This document shows positions 1 to 11,038 of a stretch of 64,000 bases of DNA, piece by piece. This stretch comes from an uncultured Nitrososphaerales archaeon (GTDB lineage: Archaea; Thermoproteota; Nitrososphaeria; Nitrososphaerales; Nitrososphaeraceae). The translations under genes were made by a program, and so were the position numbers. Location: contig CAVPXM010000055.1 of NCBI GenBank assembly GCA_963709405.1, positions 64,001 to 128,000 on the forward strand. Direction: 5' to 3'. Each line of letters opens with the position of its first letter. The first letter of the stretch is position 1. Below the pieces are notes generated by a model. The model saw nothing but the letters and a program-made list of their open reading frames with translations, did no database searches and was not told where the DNA came from.

Positions 1-290
1 ATGACAGTTGGGTTTGAACGATCGATTAACCCGTGTACATCACACTACTGTATTAATCGGATAGATAGTTTCGCAAGTACAACCCTACTTGACTTTTCTA
101 AATATATCTGAGTCTAGAAAGACAAGGAGCAGAAATACAAACGAAATATGGTAATGAGACAATAAATTCAAGATAAGAGATTGGCTCTGTTGCTATATTT
201 GTTATCGATTTCTCTGGTTCCGCTACGTATAGCATCAGGTGTTTTTATTTGAAATGATGAGTAATGACACTTTTGGTGTATTCCGATTTT

Positions 291-1129
291 TTAAATCCTT
301 TTTGTCAAGTCTAAAAAAGAATAACTCCTACGTTTTCTCATCAAATTTATAATATCAGGATATTTGCCCAAGTGTTGACGAAAGTCTTTCATTAAATCAG
401 CTAATTCTTTTGGATCTGTAGGTATGTCCAGTTTTTTGTTAACTATGGCTAGCTGATCTTCAGGAACTAGCCGTTCATATTCCAACCTGTGTATTTTCCA
501 CCCCTTGGCAGTTATCTCCTTTTCTAAGGTATCCCTTTGCATTGTTATCTTTTCCAGTTCCCTTTGTGTCACTACAAGCTTTTCTGCTACAGGCCTATTT
601 TTCTTATAGTCCAAGAGAATATCCATAGTTAGTTTGTTTTCTTCCAGCAACTCTTCTTTCTCTATCTGCAAATCGACTACCTTTTGTACTATTTCATGTA
701 ATATTTCCTTTTTTTGCGAAACATATTCAGGTAAAGCATCGATAGTGACGTCCAGATTATCAGAAATATCAGATATATTACTTATAAGATTAATAAATTC
801 GTCAACTTTTAGACTACGCTTGAAACAATGGACTTCAATTTTTTCAATAAATGATTCTACTTGTTCTTCATTTAAGCCGTTATCTTCGAATATCTTTCTA
901 AGCCTGATTGAAGAGGCTAGAAAATTAGATCTAAACCTTTATTTTTAATTATTAAAGCAACTTGCCTTAATAAATCAAAATCCGGATCGTTCTGTTTGCA
1001 TTCTTTAATTATCGAACTTACTGTCCCTGCCCCTATATCTACTTCCCTAGCGATTTGATCTCTGGAATGACCTTTAAGCCAACATCTGATGACTTCCTTT
1101 CTTATCGAAAGAGGTGTTTTGGTACCCAT
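291..1129 (-). CDS. N-terminal HTH plus coiled-coil protein, split by a 1-nt frameshift near 925
   Basis: ORF 917-1129 has an HTH (SRDQIAREVDIGAGTVSSII). A shifted frame continues (LASSIRLRKIFEDNGLNEEQVESF...) into the coiled-coil ORF 291-671. Confidence 0.7.
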
Positions 1130-1237
1130 ACTCCTATCCCCAATTAATTTACATAATTCCAGTTTATAATAGATTGAAAATTTCTCTTTTTAATGATAGG
1201 AATTTGCACCCACCCATTTTACGAGTATGCAGTCATC

Positions 1238-1325
1238 TGACGATGATTTGACGAGCAAATGACGAAAATCCGACGCCTACCTGACGGTAATTCGACGATA
1301 TTTTGACGGTAAAATGACGATAGTA
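1238..1325. repeat. 8 copies of YGACG at exact 11-bp period
   Basis: GACG starts at 1239, 1250, 1261, 1272, 1283, 1294, 1305 and 1316; the spacers between them vary. Confidence 0.9.
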
Positions 1326-1436
1326 AAAAAGCGTTGACTGTATAGCATGGTTTCTACAGCCCGATCGAACATTTCGTAAAATCCTAATTGTATATTGCAT
1401 CCATTTAGGTAAGGTCAAATACGATGATAATATAGT

Positions 1437-2333
1437 TTGACTAAAGGTCAATATATGATATCAAATTGGCTTCATGCCTTAAGGATCAAGTTCCTTCTTG
1501 CTTCGGTAATTTCCGTAGTAGTTGGTCTATCAGTTACTTATTGGAAAATGGGTCACATTGATTACGTATATTCAATTTTGACCATAGTAGGTGTGACTTC
1601 ACTTCACTGTAGTATTGACCTGCTAAACGATTATTGGGATTATAATAGGGGAATAGACAAGGATACTAAGAAAACAAAGTTTAGTGGCGGTTCAGGTGTC
1701 CTCCCAAACAAACTATTAAGCCCAAAGAGTGTTTACGTGGCGGGTATGGTATTTTTATGTATAGGATCTATTATTGGTGTATACTTTGTGGTCATCAGAG
1801 GGATAGTAATAGCCCTCATACTGGTTTTCGCAATTCTCTCCGTCTACTTTTACTCCACTAAAGTTGTAAATGTTGGGCTTGGGGAACTCTTTATTGTCAT
1901 AAAAGGTACTTTAATTGTCCAAGGGGCCTACTACGTGCAAACATCAATGTTGAGCTTCACGGCAGTGTATAATGGAATAATTGTAGGCCTATTTTCTGCG
2001 ATTGTTTTATTCGCAAACTCATTTCCTGATTTTGATGCAGACAAACTTCATGGTAGACGAACATTAGTAATTTTGCTTGGAAGACAGAGGGGAGCCAGAT
2101 TTTTTACAGTATTTATCCTCGTTCCTTATATTCTAATTTCAATCGGAACGTTTACTGGTTATACAAAATTGTCTTCTCTGGTATGTCTCTCAACACTACC
2201 TTTAGCAGTTAGAGGTATCATGACTCTAAATAGAGACTTCATAACGGAAAGAAGCTTACTAACAGTTATGTCAAATACTATCTGGTGTTCCCGCCTCACG
2301 GGCGGCTTACTTGCTCTCAGTCTAATAATGTGA
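1437..2333 (+). CDS. menA: UbiA/MenA-family prenyltransferase
   Basis: NDYWDYNRGID and NSFPDFDADK aspartate-rich motifs; multiple TM helices. Confidence 0.8.
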   Translation: MTKGQYMISNWLHALRIKFLLASVISVVVGLSVTYWKMGHIDYVYSILTIVGVTSLHCSIDLLNDYWDYNRGIDKDTKKTKFSGGSGVLPNKLLSPKSVYVAGMVFLCIGSIIGVYFVVIRGIVIALILVFAILSVYFYSTKVVNVGLGELFIVIKGTLIVQGAYYVQTSMLSFTAVYNGIIVGLFSAIVLFANSFPDFDADKLHGRRTLVILLGRQRGARFFTVFILVPYILISIGTFTGYTKLSSLVCLSTLPLAVRGIMTLNRDFITERSLLTVMSNTIWCSRLTGGLLALSLIM

Positions 2334-2414
2334 GGGTCTCAATTTGGATTACCTAACCAGGTCAGCATATCCATATGAAGTTGTTGTTTTGGTAACATTT
2401 ATTGAATCACCCCA

Positions 2415-3758
2415 TTAAATCTGTGTTTTGGATGGAGGGTTGGCAAAAATATTGTTGGAATCTAGGTGATAATTCACCACGAGTTGAGGATCCTTTTGCC
2501 TTCCAGTAAGTATACCAACGACGACGTCATCTTTTCCTATTACTTCATCGTGTATAAGCTTCTTAACTGCTGCTGGCACTGAACCTGACGCCATTTCACA
2601 ATCGAAGCCGTTTAGTCCTACGACTGACATTCCGTCTGCCATCTCTTTATCATTCACCTGTACCACGATACCATTCGTAAAATCTAGGGCTCGGAGTGCC
2701 TTTACTATGTTGGCAGGTCTACCTATTTGGATTGCTGTAGCTTGAGTCTTTGGAAATTTACCCCTGACAGTGTTGAACTCATAATATCGATTTATCATTT
2801 GCAAATCAGGTCTACCATTATTCCAAGAAAGATTTTTTCCTTCGAACAAACCATTAACCAATTCGTAAAAAGTATTGGCTCCCTCTGAGTTAACTACAAC
2901 TAATCGAGGAATTTTTTTTATCCAACCCCATCCGTACAATTCCATAAGACACTTGCCACAACTAGCAGTGTTGCCAAGAGCACCTCCTGGATAAAATATC
3001 CAATCCGGCGGAGACCAGTTCAAATTTTCTAATACTCTATATATAATTGTCTTCTGACCCTCAATTCGAAACGGATTGATTGAATTTACGGTGTAACCTC
3101 CGTTCTCTTGAGCCGCTTTCAACGATGTGGAAAGAGCGTCATCGAAATTACCGTTAACCTCGATTACATGCGCTCCAAATTGGAATGCTTGTCCTAGTTT
3201 GCCGGGCGCAACCTCTCCTCTTGGAATATATACGCTGCAATCCATTCTCTCATTCGCAGCGTACATCGCTGCCGAAGCTGAGGTATTCCCAGTTGATGCA
3301 CATATTAAGTTTCTAACCTTTAACATCTTTGCATGGGTAACCGCCGTAGCCATGCCGTTATCCTTGAATGATCCACTCGGGTTGTACCCCTCGGGCTGTA
3401 GTAGAAGAGAATCTGGATTAATTTCAGCATACTCAGCGACTTTCGTCATCTTATAAGGCTTGGAAAGGCGACCCTCAGCTCCATCAAGGGATACAAGAAA
3501 GGTAGCGCATTGAGTGAAATTCTCACAATCAATATTTACAAAATTTATGAGATCTCTGAATCTCCAAACTCCACTTTCATCGTAAATATTTCCTCCATGA
3601 TTCCTCCTGTGGTAAAACCTATCAATGAGTTCACGCTTTGGTGCCTTCAGGTATTGCACGTCAAGGAAGTAGCCACACCCACATACATAATCGTCTGCAA
3701 GCGTATCATATGTCAGCCCGCAGTGTGGGTTAATGCATTTCTTGTTAGCTGTCTGCAT
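2415..3758 (-). CDS. thrC: threonine synthase
   Basis: NPSGSFKDNG PLP-lysine motif, CASTGNTS, NSINPFRIEGQKT. Confidence 0.9.
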   Translation of the reverse strand: MQTANKKCINPHCGLTYDTLADDYVCGCGYFLDVQYLKAPKRELIDRFYHRRNHGGNIYDESGVWRFRDLINFVNIDCENFTQCATFLVSLDGAEGRLSKPYKMTKVAEYAEINPDSLLLQPEGYNPSGSFKDNGMATAVTHAKMLKVRNLICASTGNTSASAAMYAANERMDCSVYIPRGEVAPGKLGQAFQFGAHVIEVNGNFDDALSTSLKAAQENGGYTVNSINPFRIEGQKTIIYRVLENLNWSPPDWIFYPGGALGNTASCGKCLMELYGWGWIKKIPRLVVVNSEGANTFYELVNGLFEGKNLSWNNGRPDLQMINRYYEFNTVRGKFPKTQATAIQIGRPANIVKALRALDFTNGIVVQVNDKEMADGMSVVGLNGFDCEMASGSVPAAVKKLIHDEVIGKDDVVVGILTGRQKDPQLVVNYHLDSNNIFANPPSKTQI

Positions 3759-3900
3759 TTATTAGAATGTGAGCTATGTAGCGTTAGTCTATATATATAG
3801 CCTAGGTCGGAAGATTTGAATAATCGCATCGCAATATCAATTCTAGTTTTTGACATATACAGAGTAAATAATTCGAAATGAGTCGAAATAGACTTTCGGT

Positions 3901-4450
3901 ATGGATATCCTTGGCCCTTTCTATCTTAGTAATTCCAGTCAAAGGAATTACATCATTAGTTGCTTAGATGATTGTTCTAGGAAGGTAGCTAGCAAGTGGT
4001 CCGAAAGAAAGAGGTCAGTGGATGTTCTTAATGTATTAGAGGACTGGATAATGATTAATGGTAAGCCTAAGATGATGATGCATGATAACGGTAAACAGTT
4101 TACATCCAGAATATTCAGACATTTCCTTATACATAATCAGATAAAAGATAAGCAAATACCAAAATCATATCCGCAGTTACAGGGCAAAGTAGAAGCATAT
4201 AACAAGATTGTAAAGAGTGAATTCATAGCATTAGAAGATATACCAAACATAGATGATGGTAAACAAAGATACGACATGTTTGTTAAAGCATATAACGAAA
4301 CCAGAGAACATGGAGGCATAAATGGTCTTACTCCATCGGAGATGTTCCTACAAAGGTTAATTACATCCAGTACACATACGAGAACTAAACAGAAAAGTGT
4401 AACCCATGTAGGTAATTAGAAATGTAACCTATCCGTGCAAGTCAACCCTA
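3901..4450 (+). mobile_element. 5'-truncated IS481-like transposase (rve DDE core) with putative right end
   Basis: DILGP / DDCSR / HDNGKQF / PQLQGKVE / YNETREH core, no N-terminal HTH; subterminal TGTAACC repeats near 4398 and 4423. Confidence 0.75.
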
Positions 4451-4506
4451 GGTAACGCCACACTGACTATTATAATAAGGGCAGAACAGACGAATTGCAT
4501 AATCCA

Positions 4507-4791
4507 TTACTTAGATTTTCGCTTTTCTGGAGTACGTGCTGGTTTATCAAGTATCTTCAAAAGCTGTTGAATAACACCGTCCATGTCTTCCTCCTTTACG
4601 TCCGGGAAGACCGCGTGATTAAGTAAATTACTTACAGTTGAGGAGGTTTCTGAGCTGACTTCCTCAAAGCTGTCCACGTCCGTATATGTCTGCTGATAGA
4701 GTTTATGAAGACGGGCCGCATACATCTGTGTTCTTTCGTTCACAGTTACCTTATACGTACGGGAATTCACCTTAATTTTTTCCTCTATCAT
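4507..4791 (-). CDS. hypothetical protein
   Basis: 94-aa ORF of plausible composition; start uncertain. Confidence 0.6.
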   Translation of the reverse strand: MIEEKIKVNSRTYKVTVNERTQMYAARLHKLYQQTYTDVDSFEEVSSETSSTVSNLLNHAVFPDVKEEDMDGVIQQLLKILDKPARTPEKRKSK

Positions 4792-4980
4792 CTATTTTCT
4801 AATTTCGAACTTGTATCTAAAATACTTGCCGAATATGAGGAAATTCTAGTTTCAATATACTGAGATTTTCAAAGGTTTATCCCTTTTATTTCGGAATGGA
4901 TTGAGTATGTGTTTGTAAGACTGACAGCTGGCTTCTAAAAACTATTCAATTAGCCTTTATTGAGTTTCGACTCATCCACT

Positions 4981-5395
4981 GGCTCCATATCTTTTTACAA
5001 GGTTTAATATAAAACGTTCTGCAACAAACATGTTTCTCTCTTTTGATATGCTTATTTGAAGGATTTCTCGGTTATCATTTTCAATGGCTATCCATAACCA
5101 GATATATTCGGAACCAACTTTAATGATAGTTTCATCAATTATAAATTCAGTAATACGTATCTTTCTGGAACTTAACATCTCTGGTTTATATTTTTGAATC
5201 CAGTCTCTGATGGCAGTATGACTTCTTTTAACAAATCTAGACACAGCTTTGGAAGTATTTCTTAATGAAAGACCAAGGAAATACAGATACAGAGAATATG
5301 CTATATCCTCAGGTTCTGTTCTCTTTCTTATTTGACACATCATAACCTATATCGGAGTCATAAAGCTATAGATTTTTCCTTAACTTTACAGAGCC
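4981..5395 (-). mobile_element. internally deleted IS6-family element with 8-bp target duplication
   Basis: ORF 4972-5343 has YLYFLGLSLR, IDET and WLWIAIE. Left IR GGCTCTGTAAAGTTA at 5395-5381. CATCCACT at 4973-4980 and 5396-5403. Confidence 0.85.
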
Positions 5396-5548
5396 CATCC
5401 ACTAAATGTAAATCTTAAACGGGATCCTCTCAGCTTCTTCACCATGCTAATGTCAGGAATAATCTTACATGTTGTCGTTCTATTTTGTCTAATGATCTTT
5501 TATGCATAACTTAAAGACGTAGAAGCTAGGGACGAGGCGATATATGAA

Positions 5549-5884
5549 TTGAAGAATCGTTCAGATATAGAAGTAATGGCTTCAATATTACGGTCTGCAA
5601 CAACAGGCTGGGAATATAAAACTACGATAATGAATAACGCAGTTGTATCCCATTCTCAATTAATTAGATACCTAGCGATTGCAGTAGAAAAAGGATTAAT
5701 GGAATATTCGGAAACCACCGGACTATACAGGACTACTCCAGCCGGCATAAAATACTTGGCCAAATACGAGCAGCTCCTAGTTCTCTTCCCTGCGATTCCG
5801 GATCTGCCAGATTTGGATAACGTATCAGACACGACTCAAGAGGAGAGCTTTAATGAGCCATTAAAGGATCGCCTCCTCTTTTGA
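5549..5884 (+). CDS. winged-helix transcriptional regulator (archaeal HTH_45-like)
   Basis: RSDIEVMASIL...KTTIMNNA...YRTTPAGIKYL pattern. Confidence 0.75.
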   Translation: MKNRSDIEVMASILRSATTGWEYKTTIMNNAVVSHSQLIRYLAIAVEKGLMEYSETTGLYRTTPAGIKYLAKYEQLLVLFPAIPDLPDLDNVSDTTQEESFNEPLKDRLLF

Positions 5885-6031
5885 TTGAATCATTATATTC
5901 TTGTAAAATAATCGATAATTAAATATCGTCCGATGCATCGTTAAGTCTGGTTATTATTTATTTAGTCCTTTACGAGATATCGTAGTAAGTCGAAATTTTA
6001 ATTAATAAAACTACTTAACTGTAAAGAGAAA

Positions 6032-7021
6032 GTGGTACCGATGGATCTCGCTACGTGCAACGAATTGAAAGCTATGCTGACCGATAGTATAGCTCGTAAT
6101 TATTCCGATAACCTGTTACTATCTGGCGGATTAGATAGTAGTATTGTCTCTTCTATATTGCATCCGAAAAAAACATTCACGGTTGCATTGTCGTACGAAG
6201 CACCAGACGTGAGTTATGCACGGTTGATCGCACGTATGTATAGCAAACAGCATCGAGAAATAATACTTACATTAAATGAATTATTTCAGGTTGTAGAAAG
6301 TGTTATTCATCTTCTCAAGACATTTGATCCTATTGAAGTAAGAAATTCTAGTGTAATCTTTGCCGCATTTGAGGTCCTTAAAAGTGAGGGATACAAAAGC
6401 ATAGTTACTGGTGACGGAGCAGATGAACTCTTCGCCGGCTATAACTACTTATTAAGGTACTTTGATGACCATGCAAGACTTAGCGATGAACTGGCTCGAC
6501 TATGGGATTTGATGAGCTTTTCATCAGTAAGAATAGGCAATAAGCTAGGAATAAGGGTCCTAACTCCATATTTAGACAAGCAGTTTGTGCAATTCGCTAA
6601 ATCACTTACGGTTGATACAAAGGTAGGCCTCCAATCGGGTAAGAAGTGGGGGAAGTTTATTTTAAGGCAATGCTTTGAAAGAGAGCTTGGTAAATTTGTT
6701 GTCTGGAGAAGAAAATATCCCCAAGAAGAGGGTTCTGGATTCGCCAAAATCAGGAATATAATTATACAAAAATACAATTCTAACAAGTTTGGTAATGAAG
6801 AAGCTAAGAGCAATTCGAATGGAGTCCAAATTAGAGACTGGGAGCATCTTTATTATTTCAATATTTATAGAAAATACTTTCCTCTGCCGATAGAAGAATA
6901 TTGTGCTGGGGAGAGATGTCCTGATTGCAGCGCATGTCTTAGTGATGGTTCGAATTATTGCCATACATGCGGATGTTTCCCGGCAAGGAAACTACATTTT
7001 AAACTGTATAGTGACATTTAG
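6032..7021 (+). CDS. asparagine synthase C-terminal domain protein with C-terminal Zn ribbon
   Basis: LSGGLDSS, TGDGADELFAGY, PYLD; CPDC..CHTC at the end; no glutaminase domain. Confidence 0.8.
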   Translation: MVPMDLATCNELKAMLTDSIARNYSDNLLLSGGLDSSIVSSILHPKKTFTVALSYEAPDVSYARLIARMYSKQHREIILTLNELFQVVESVIHLLKTFDPIEVRNSSVIFAAFEVLKSEGYKSIVTGDGADELFAGYNYLLRYFDDHARLSDELARLWDLMSFSSVRIGNKLGIRVLTPYLDKQFVQFAKSLTVDTKVGLQSGKKWGKFILRQCFERELGKFVVWRRKYPQEEGSGFAKIRNIIIQKYNSNKFGNEEAKSNSNGVQIRDWEHLYYFNIYRKYFPLPIEEYCAGERCPDCSACLSDGSNYCHTCGCFPARKLHFKLYSDI

Positions 7022-7263
7022 AAAGGAGTTCTCATTTGAGGACTGACTTCTAAGATAGTATTAATTTTGACTAACATTCTAGCTTCATCAAAATGGATCT
7101 TATTTCTAATCTACAACTGTTCCATATCAGAATAGAGCATTGAATAAAACATTCAAAACACACATGTATTACAAACGAAGGCTACGTCGTGAAAGGCTAG
7201 ATAAGTTAAATGGTAAATAGATACCAGTACTCAGATTTATAACGCGACTCGAGAGCTGTGTGA

Positions 7264-7617
7264 TTAACTCTTCGGTTTAGGCTTGCTGTATTCACCCTTC
7301 GATGATACTATGGACATAATAGCCTTCTTAATCCTTGATATCGTTGGATAGCTATATCCCATGTGTCTATAATTTTGTATCATCGTTTTCCAGTTGGCAA
7401 GTCTCCAATTTGCCTGCTCTGTGGTTAAAAGCAAAGTCTCTCTCTTCACTTTGCTCTTTCTCCCGGGCATCAGATACCCACCTGACTGCGCTCTAGCTCG
7501 ATGGTAGGAGAATTTCAATCCAAATATAATCATGTCAGTAGTGAGTGAGTCAATGTAGAATCTAATCTCTTTGTTCTGTAGTTCAGTCGATCTTATCTTG
7601 TACAAGTACTCCTTCAA
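7264..7617 (-). CDS. hypothetical basic protein
   Basis: 117-aa ORF, no motif recognised. Confidence 0.6.
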   Translation of the reverse strand: MKEYLYKIRSTELQNKEIRFYIDSLTTDMIIFGLKFSYHRARAQSGGYLMPGRKSKVKRETLLLTTEQANWRLANWKTMIQNYRHMGYSYPTISRIKKAIMSIVSSKGEYSKPKPKS

Positions 7618-7777
7618 TATTATAACGACATAACCATGTTGGTCCTTATTACCTTTCTAAATTCGAGTTCTGAAAGAGTTTCAGCATTTTTATTCTGGTC
7701 AACGAGAATGAATACTGAGGATACCTCATAAGTGAGATCGAGATATTACAATTACAAGATCCTAAAACCAAGTTATT

Positions 7778-8996
7778 CTAAATGATGTTCAGTGTCTTAC
7801 CTATGGTTTCAATTTTTTCTATGGCGATAGATAATTGTTCCTTACGCAACATAGCGGTGATGGAAGCCCTCAATCTCGCAAATCCTATCTTGACCGTGGG
7901 ATAACGAATCGCCTGGATAAAGACACCATTTGAAAGTAGAGTCTTTGAGAACTGCATAGTTAGTTTCTCATCTCCTATTACAAGTGGAATTATTTGAGTT
8001 CTAAAAGTTGACTTATCACTATCGGTCTTAAAGCCGATCTTATTTATATTAGAAGTAAAAAAGTTAATATTCTCAATTAGCTTTTTTTGCAATCTCCCTC
8101 TGTTTGCTATAGGAATAGGCAGCTATTGCCGAAGAACAGAGGTGAGAAGGTAGAGCAGAGGAATAGATAAAGGACCGTGACCTATTTATTAATAATTCTG
8201 TAATTTGCTGCGATGCAGCGACGTAGCCGCCAAAGCATCCAAGAGCCTTACTTAAACTACTTATATATACGTCAACCATACAAACTCCTTTTGCAGAGGT
8301 AAACCTCAGGTTATGCGTATGATCAAATATGAAATCCCCATGTGAATCATCAACTATGGTCATTGCATTGTGGGATAGTGCAATTTCATGAATCCTCTTG
8401 AGATTTGATTGATCGCCATCCATACTAAAAATAGTTTCAGTTAAAATTATCTTTCTTTCTGACTTACTACTCCGAACCAGATATTCAAGATGTTCCAAAT
8501 CATTATGCTTAAATATTTCGATTCGCGCTCCACTTAGCCTGCAGCCATCTATTATACTAGCATGATTAAATTCATCGCTGAATATTGTAGTTGATTTATT
8601 TGCCAAAGTCGATATAACACCAATATTTGCCATGTAACCGTTCGGATAAATTAATGCCCTATCGGTTTTACGATGGTCTGCAAGCGTGTTCTCAAGTTTG
8701 ATTAATTCACTGCTATTCCCAGCTACTAATCTAGAACTACATTGCGACACTTGTTTTAAACTCTTGATGGTTCTTGCTAGTACTATTTTATTCTCAGACA
8801 ATCCAAGATAATCATTGGAACACAAGTTGATGCTCTCTATCCCATCGATCAGAACAACTGCCGGTTTGGTAGATTTAGACACTAAACTCAATCTTCGATA
8901 CAAATTTGCATTTTCCAGACGATTTAGTTCGTCTCTCACAAAGGCAAATTTGTGGTCCTTTGCTCGAGTCCTTGTAATCTTATGCCTTGAGACCAA
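7778..8996 (-). CDS. bioF: 8-amino-7-oxononanoate synthase (frameshift near 8117)
   Basis: SNDYLGL, HASIIDG, SMDGD, SLSKALG; the C-terminal part IRYPTV..ARLR is in ORF 7778-8092. Confidence 0.9.
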
Positions 8997-9967
8997 TCTC
9001 CTTAATCATTGCAATGTCATCCTTCGGATTATTGCCGCCTACTGTCAAATACCCTCCGGTAATTATCCCATTGGCTCCAGCTTTTAACGCGGTTTTATCC
9101 TGATTCTTAAGATTTATTTCTCTGCCACCTGCTATCTTTATGATTCCTCTCGGCATTATGAATCGCCAGACGGCAACAGTTCTAATGGCCTCAAGCGGAT
9201 TTATTCTCAGCTCGGTTTGCTAGTGGTGTCCCTTCTCTTCCAATCAACATGTTGAGTGGGATCTCGTCTGGTTGAAGAGATTTGATAGAGAAGGCAAGTT
9301 CCAGTCTTTGTTTTTCGTTTTCACCCATACCTATAATACCTCCACAACACAATTCCAGACCTTCTTCCTTTACAATTTTCGCTGTATTCATTCTGTCGGC
9401 AAAGTCATGCGTCTTACAGATTTGAGAAAAATAACTTTCTGCGGTTTCGAGGTTGTGGTTATACCTTTTTACCCCTATATTTTTGAGAGTCCTTGCCTGT
9501 TCTCTTGTAATTGATCCCAGGGATGCATTGACATCTATTTCGAGCCTCTTCTTGATTTCTATAATTATTTCGCAAATCTGCTCGAAATCTTTAGCAGGAG
9601 GAGATTTATATGCGCATACCAGACAGAAGCTCTTGGAGCCAGAGTCCTTAGCTTCCATAGCCTTTTCTAAGATTAACTCCTTGGGCAAAAGTGGATAAGT
9701 CTTTATTCCAGTTTGTTTATAATGTGAGGATTGCGCACAAAAATAGCAGTCCTCTGGGCAATTTCCGGATTTTGCGTTTATCAGGCTCTCAACATCTACG
9801 TCATCACCGTTAAATGTCCTCGTGATAATATTTGCACAATTAGTTAAAGTATTTAGATCGCTAGTAAGTAATATTCGTTCGGCCTCTTCGAAGGTCAAAT
9901 CCGATCCCATGAGGACCTTATTCATCATATTATAAACGAACCCGGACTCTCTATCCATTTTCTTCAT
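8980..9967 (-). CDS. bioB: biotin synthase (frameshift near 9212)
   Basis: CPEDCYFCAQS radical SAM motif, YNHNLET; shifted frame INPLEAIRTVAVWRF...IAGGRE...YLT ends at TAA 8980. Confidence 0.92.
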
Positions 9968-10438
9968 ACAGAGTCACCGTAGGATATATAATAATCTGCT
10001 GCCGGAATCCTAGAAATTAAGATTAGTGTTGGTAGAGAACGAGGTTATGAATGTAGAAGTTTAATCAAGCGGCGAGATTTGTGAGATAGTAGGAATAATA
10101 TTTCTAATATCAAATTATGAATGAACCTCCAGATTCATTAAAGGGAGCTGGATATTTTACCAGATAGAGACGTCAAAGGTTAGGTTATAGGGGCAGAAAA
10201 GTCGATCCAAGGATAGATTAACATGAAGGCATACACGGGAAGGATGACGAATTTCGGATATTTGATTCATTTTTCTATCCGGCTATAATAGGACCCTTTA
10301 ATATACTGGCTAAATAATAGGGCCTTTTCTGAATCATTTTCCTAAGGCATATCATTTAATCACATTGAACCTTTTTTGAACTGCAAATCAGATGTATTTG
10401 ACTTTGCGTGTGTTAAGTACTAACAACCAATTCGTATT

Positions 10439-11038
10439 GTGAAGTTTGCATTAGCATATGTTAGAGTTAGTACTGAAGAACAAACAGTACTCAACCAAAG
10501 ATTGGCTATTGAAAGATGGGCAGTAGAACAAGGTTATCACGTTATCTACTTCTTTGAGGATTCGGCCATAAGCGGAAAAATACCGGCTACTATGCGGCAA
10601 GCATTTCAAGAAATGTTAGAATTGCTAAAGCATGACAGAGTTGATGCAGTATTGGTCTATGAACTATCAAGAGTTGGCAGGACATTCTGGGATACGCTCG
10701 ATGCTATCAAAGCCATTGAGCTTTACGCTCCGCTAATATCTTGTTCTCCAAGAGAAACCTTCCTTCAGAGTACTGAAGCTAGTATTAGAAAGCTGATGAT
10801 AGGTATCCTAACTTGGGTGGCAGAGCGAGAGAGAGAGATGTTAATTCAAAGGACGAAGGATGGAATGGCACGGGCGAAAAATTCTGGAAAACGCATTGGG
10901 AGGCCGCCAAAGGTGGTCGACAAGGATAACCTTATAAGACTATTGGCTGATCAGAAGTCTCGAAACGAAATTGCTAGGAATCTCGGAGTCTGCAAAGCTA
11001 CGTTATACAAAGAACTTAGAAAGCATCAAATCAACTAG
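10439..11038 (+). CDS. small serine recombinase (resolvase/invertase)
   Basis: YVRVST catalytic Ser, LSRVGR, AEREREMLIQRTKDG, GRPP, C-terminal HTH. Confidence 0.92.
   Translation: MKFALAYVRVSTEEQTVLNQRLAIERWAVEQGYHVIYFFEDSAISGKIPATMRQAFQEMLELLKHDRVDAVLVYELSRVGRTFWDTLDAIKAIELYAPLISCSPRETFLQSTEASIRKLMIGILTWVAEREREMLIQRTKDGMARAKNSGKRIGRPPKVVDKDNLIRLLADQKSRNEIARNLGVCKATLYKELRKHQIN

Noticed and set aside
1233-1451. 72-aa minus-strand ORF over the GACG array
   Set aside because: An 11-bp period is not codon-compatible and the protein has no recognisable features
3801-4453. CCTAGGT at 3801-3807 and 4447-4453 as the IS481 target duplication
   Set aside because: The element lacks its 5' part and no left IR follows 3807; likely coincidence
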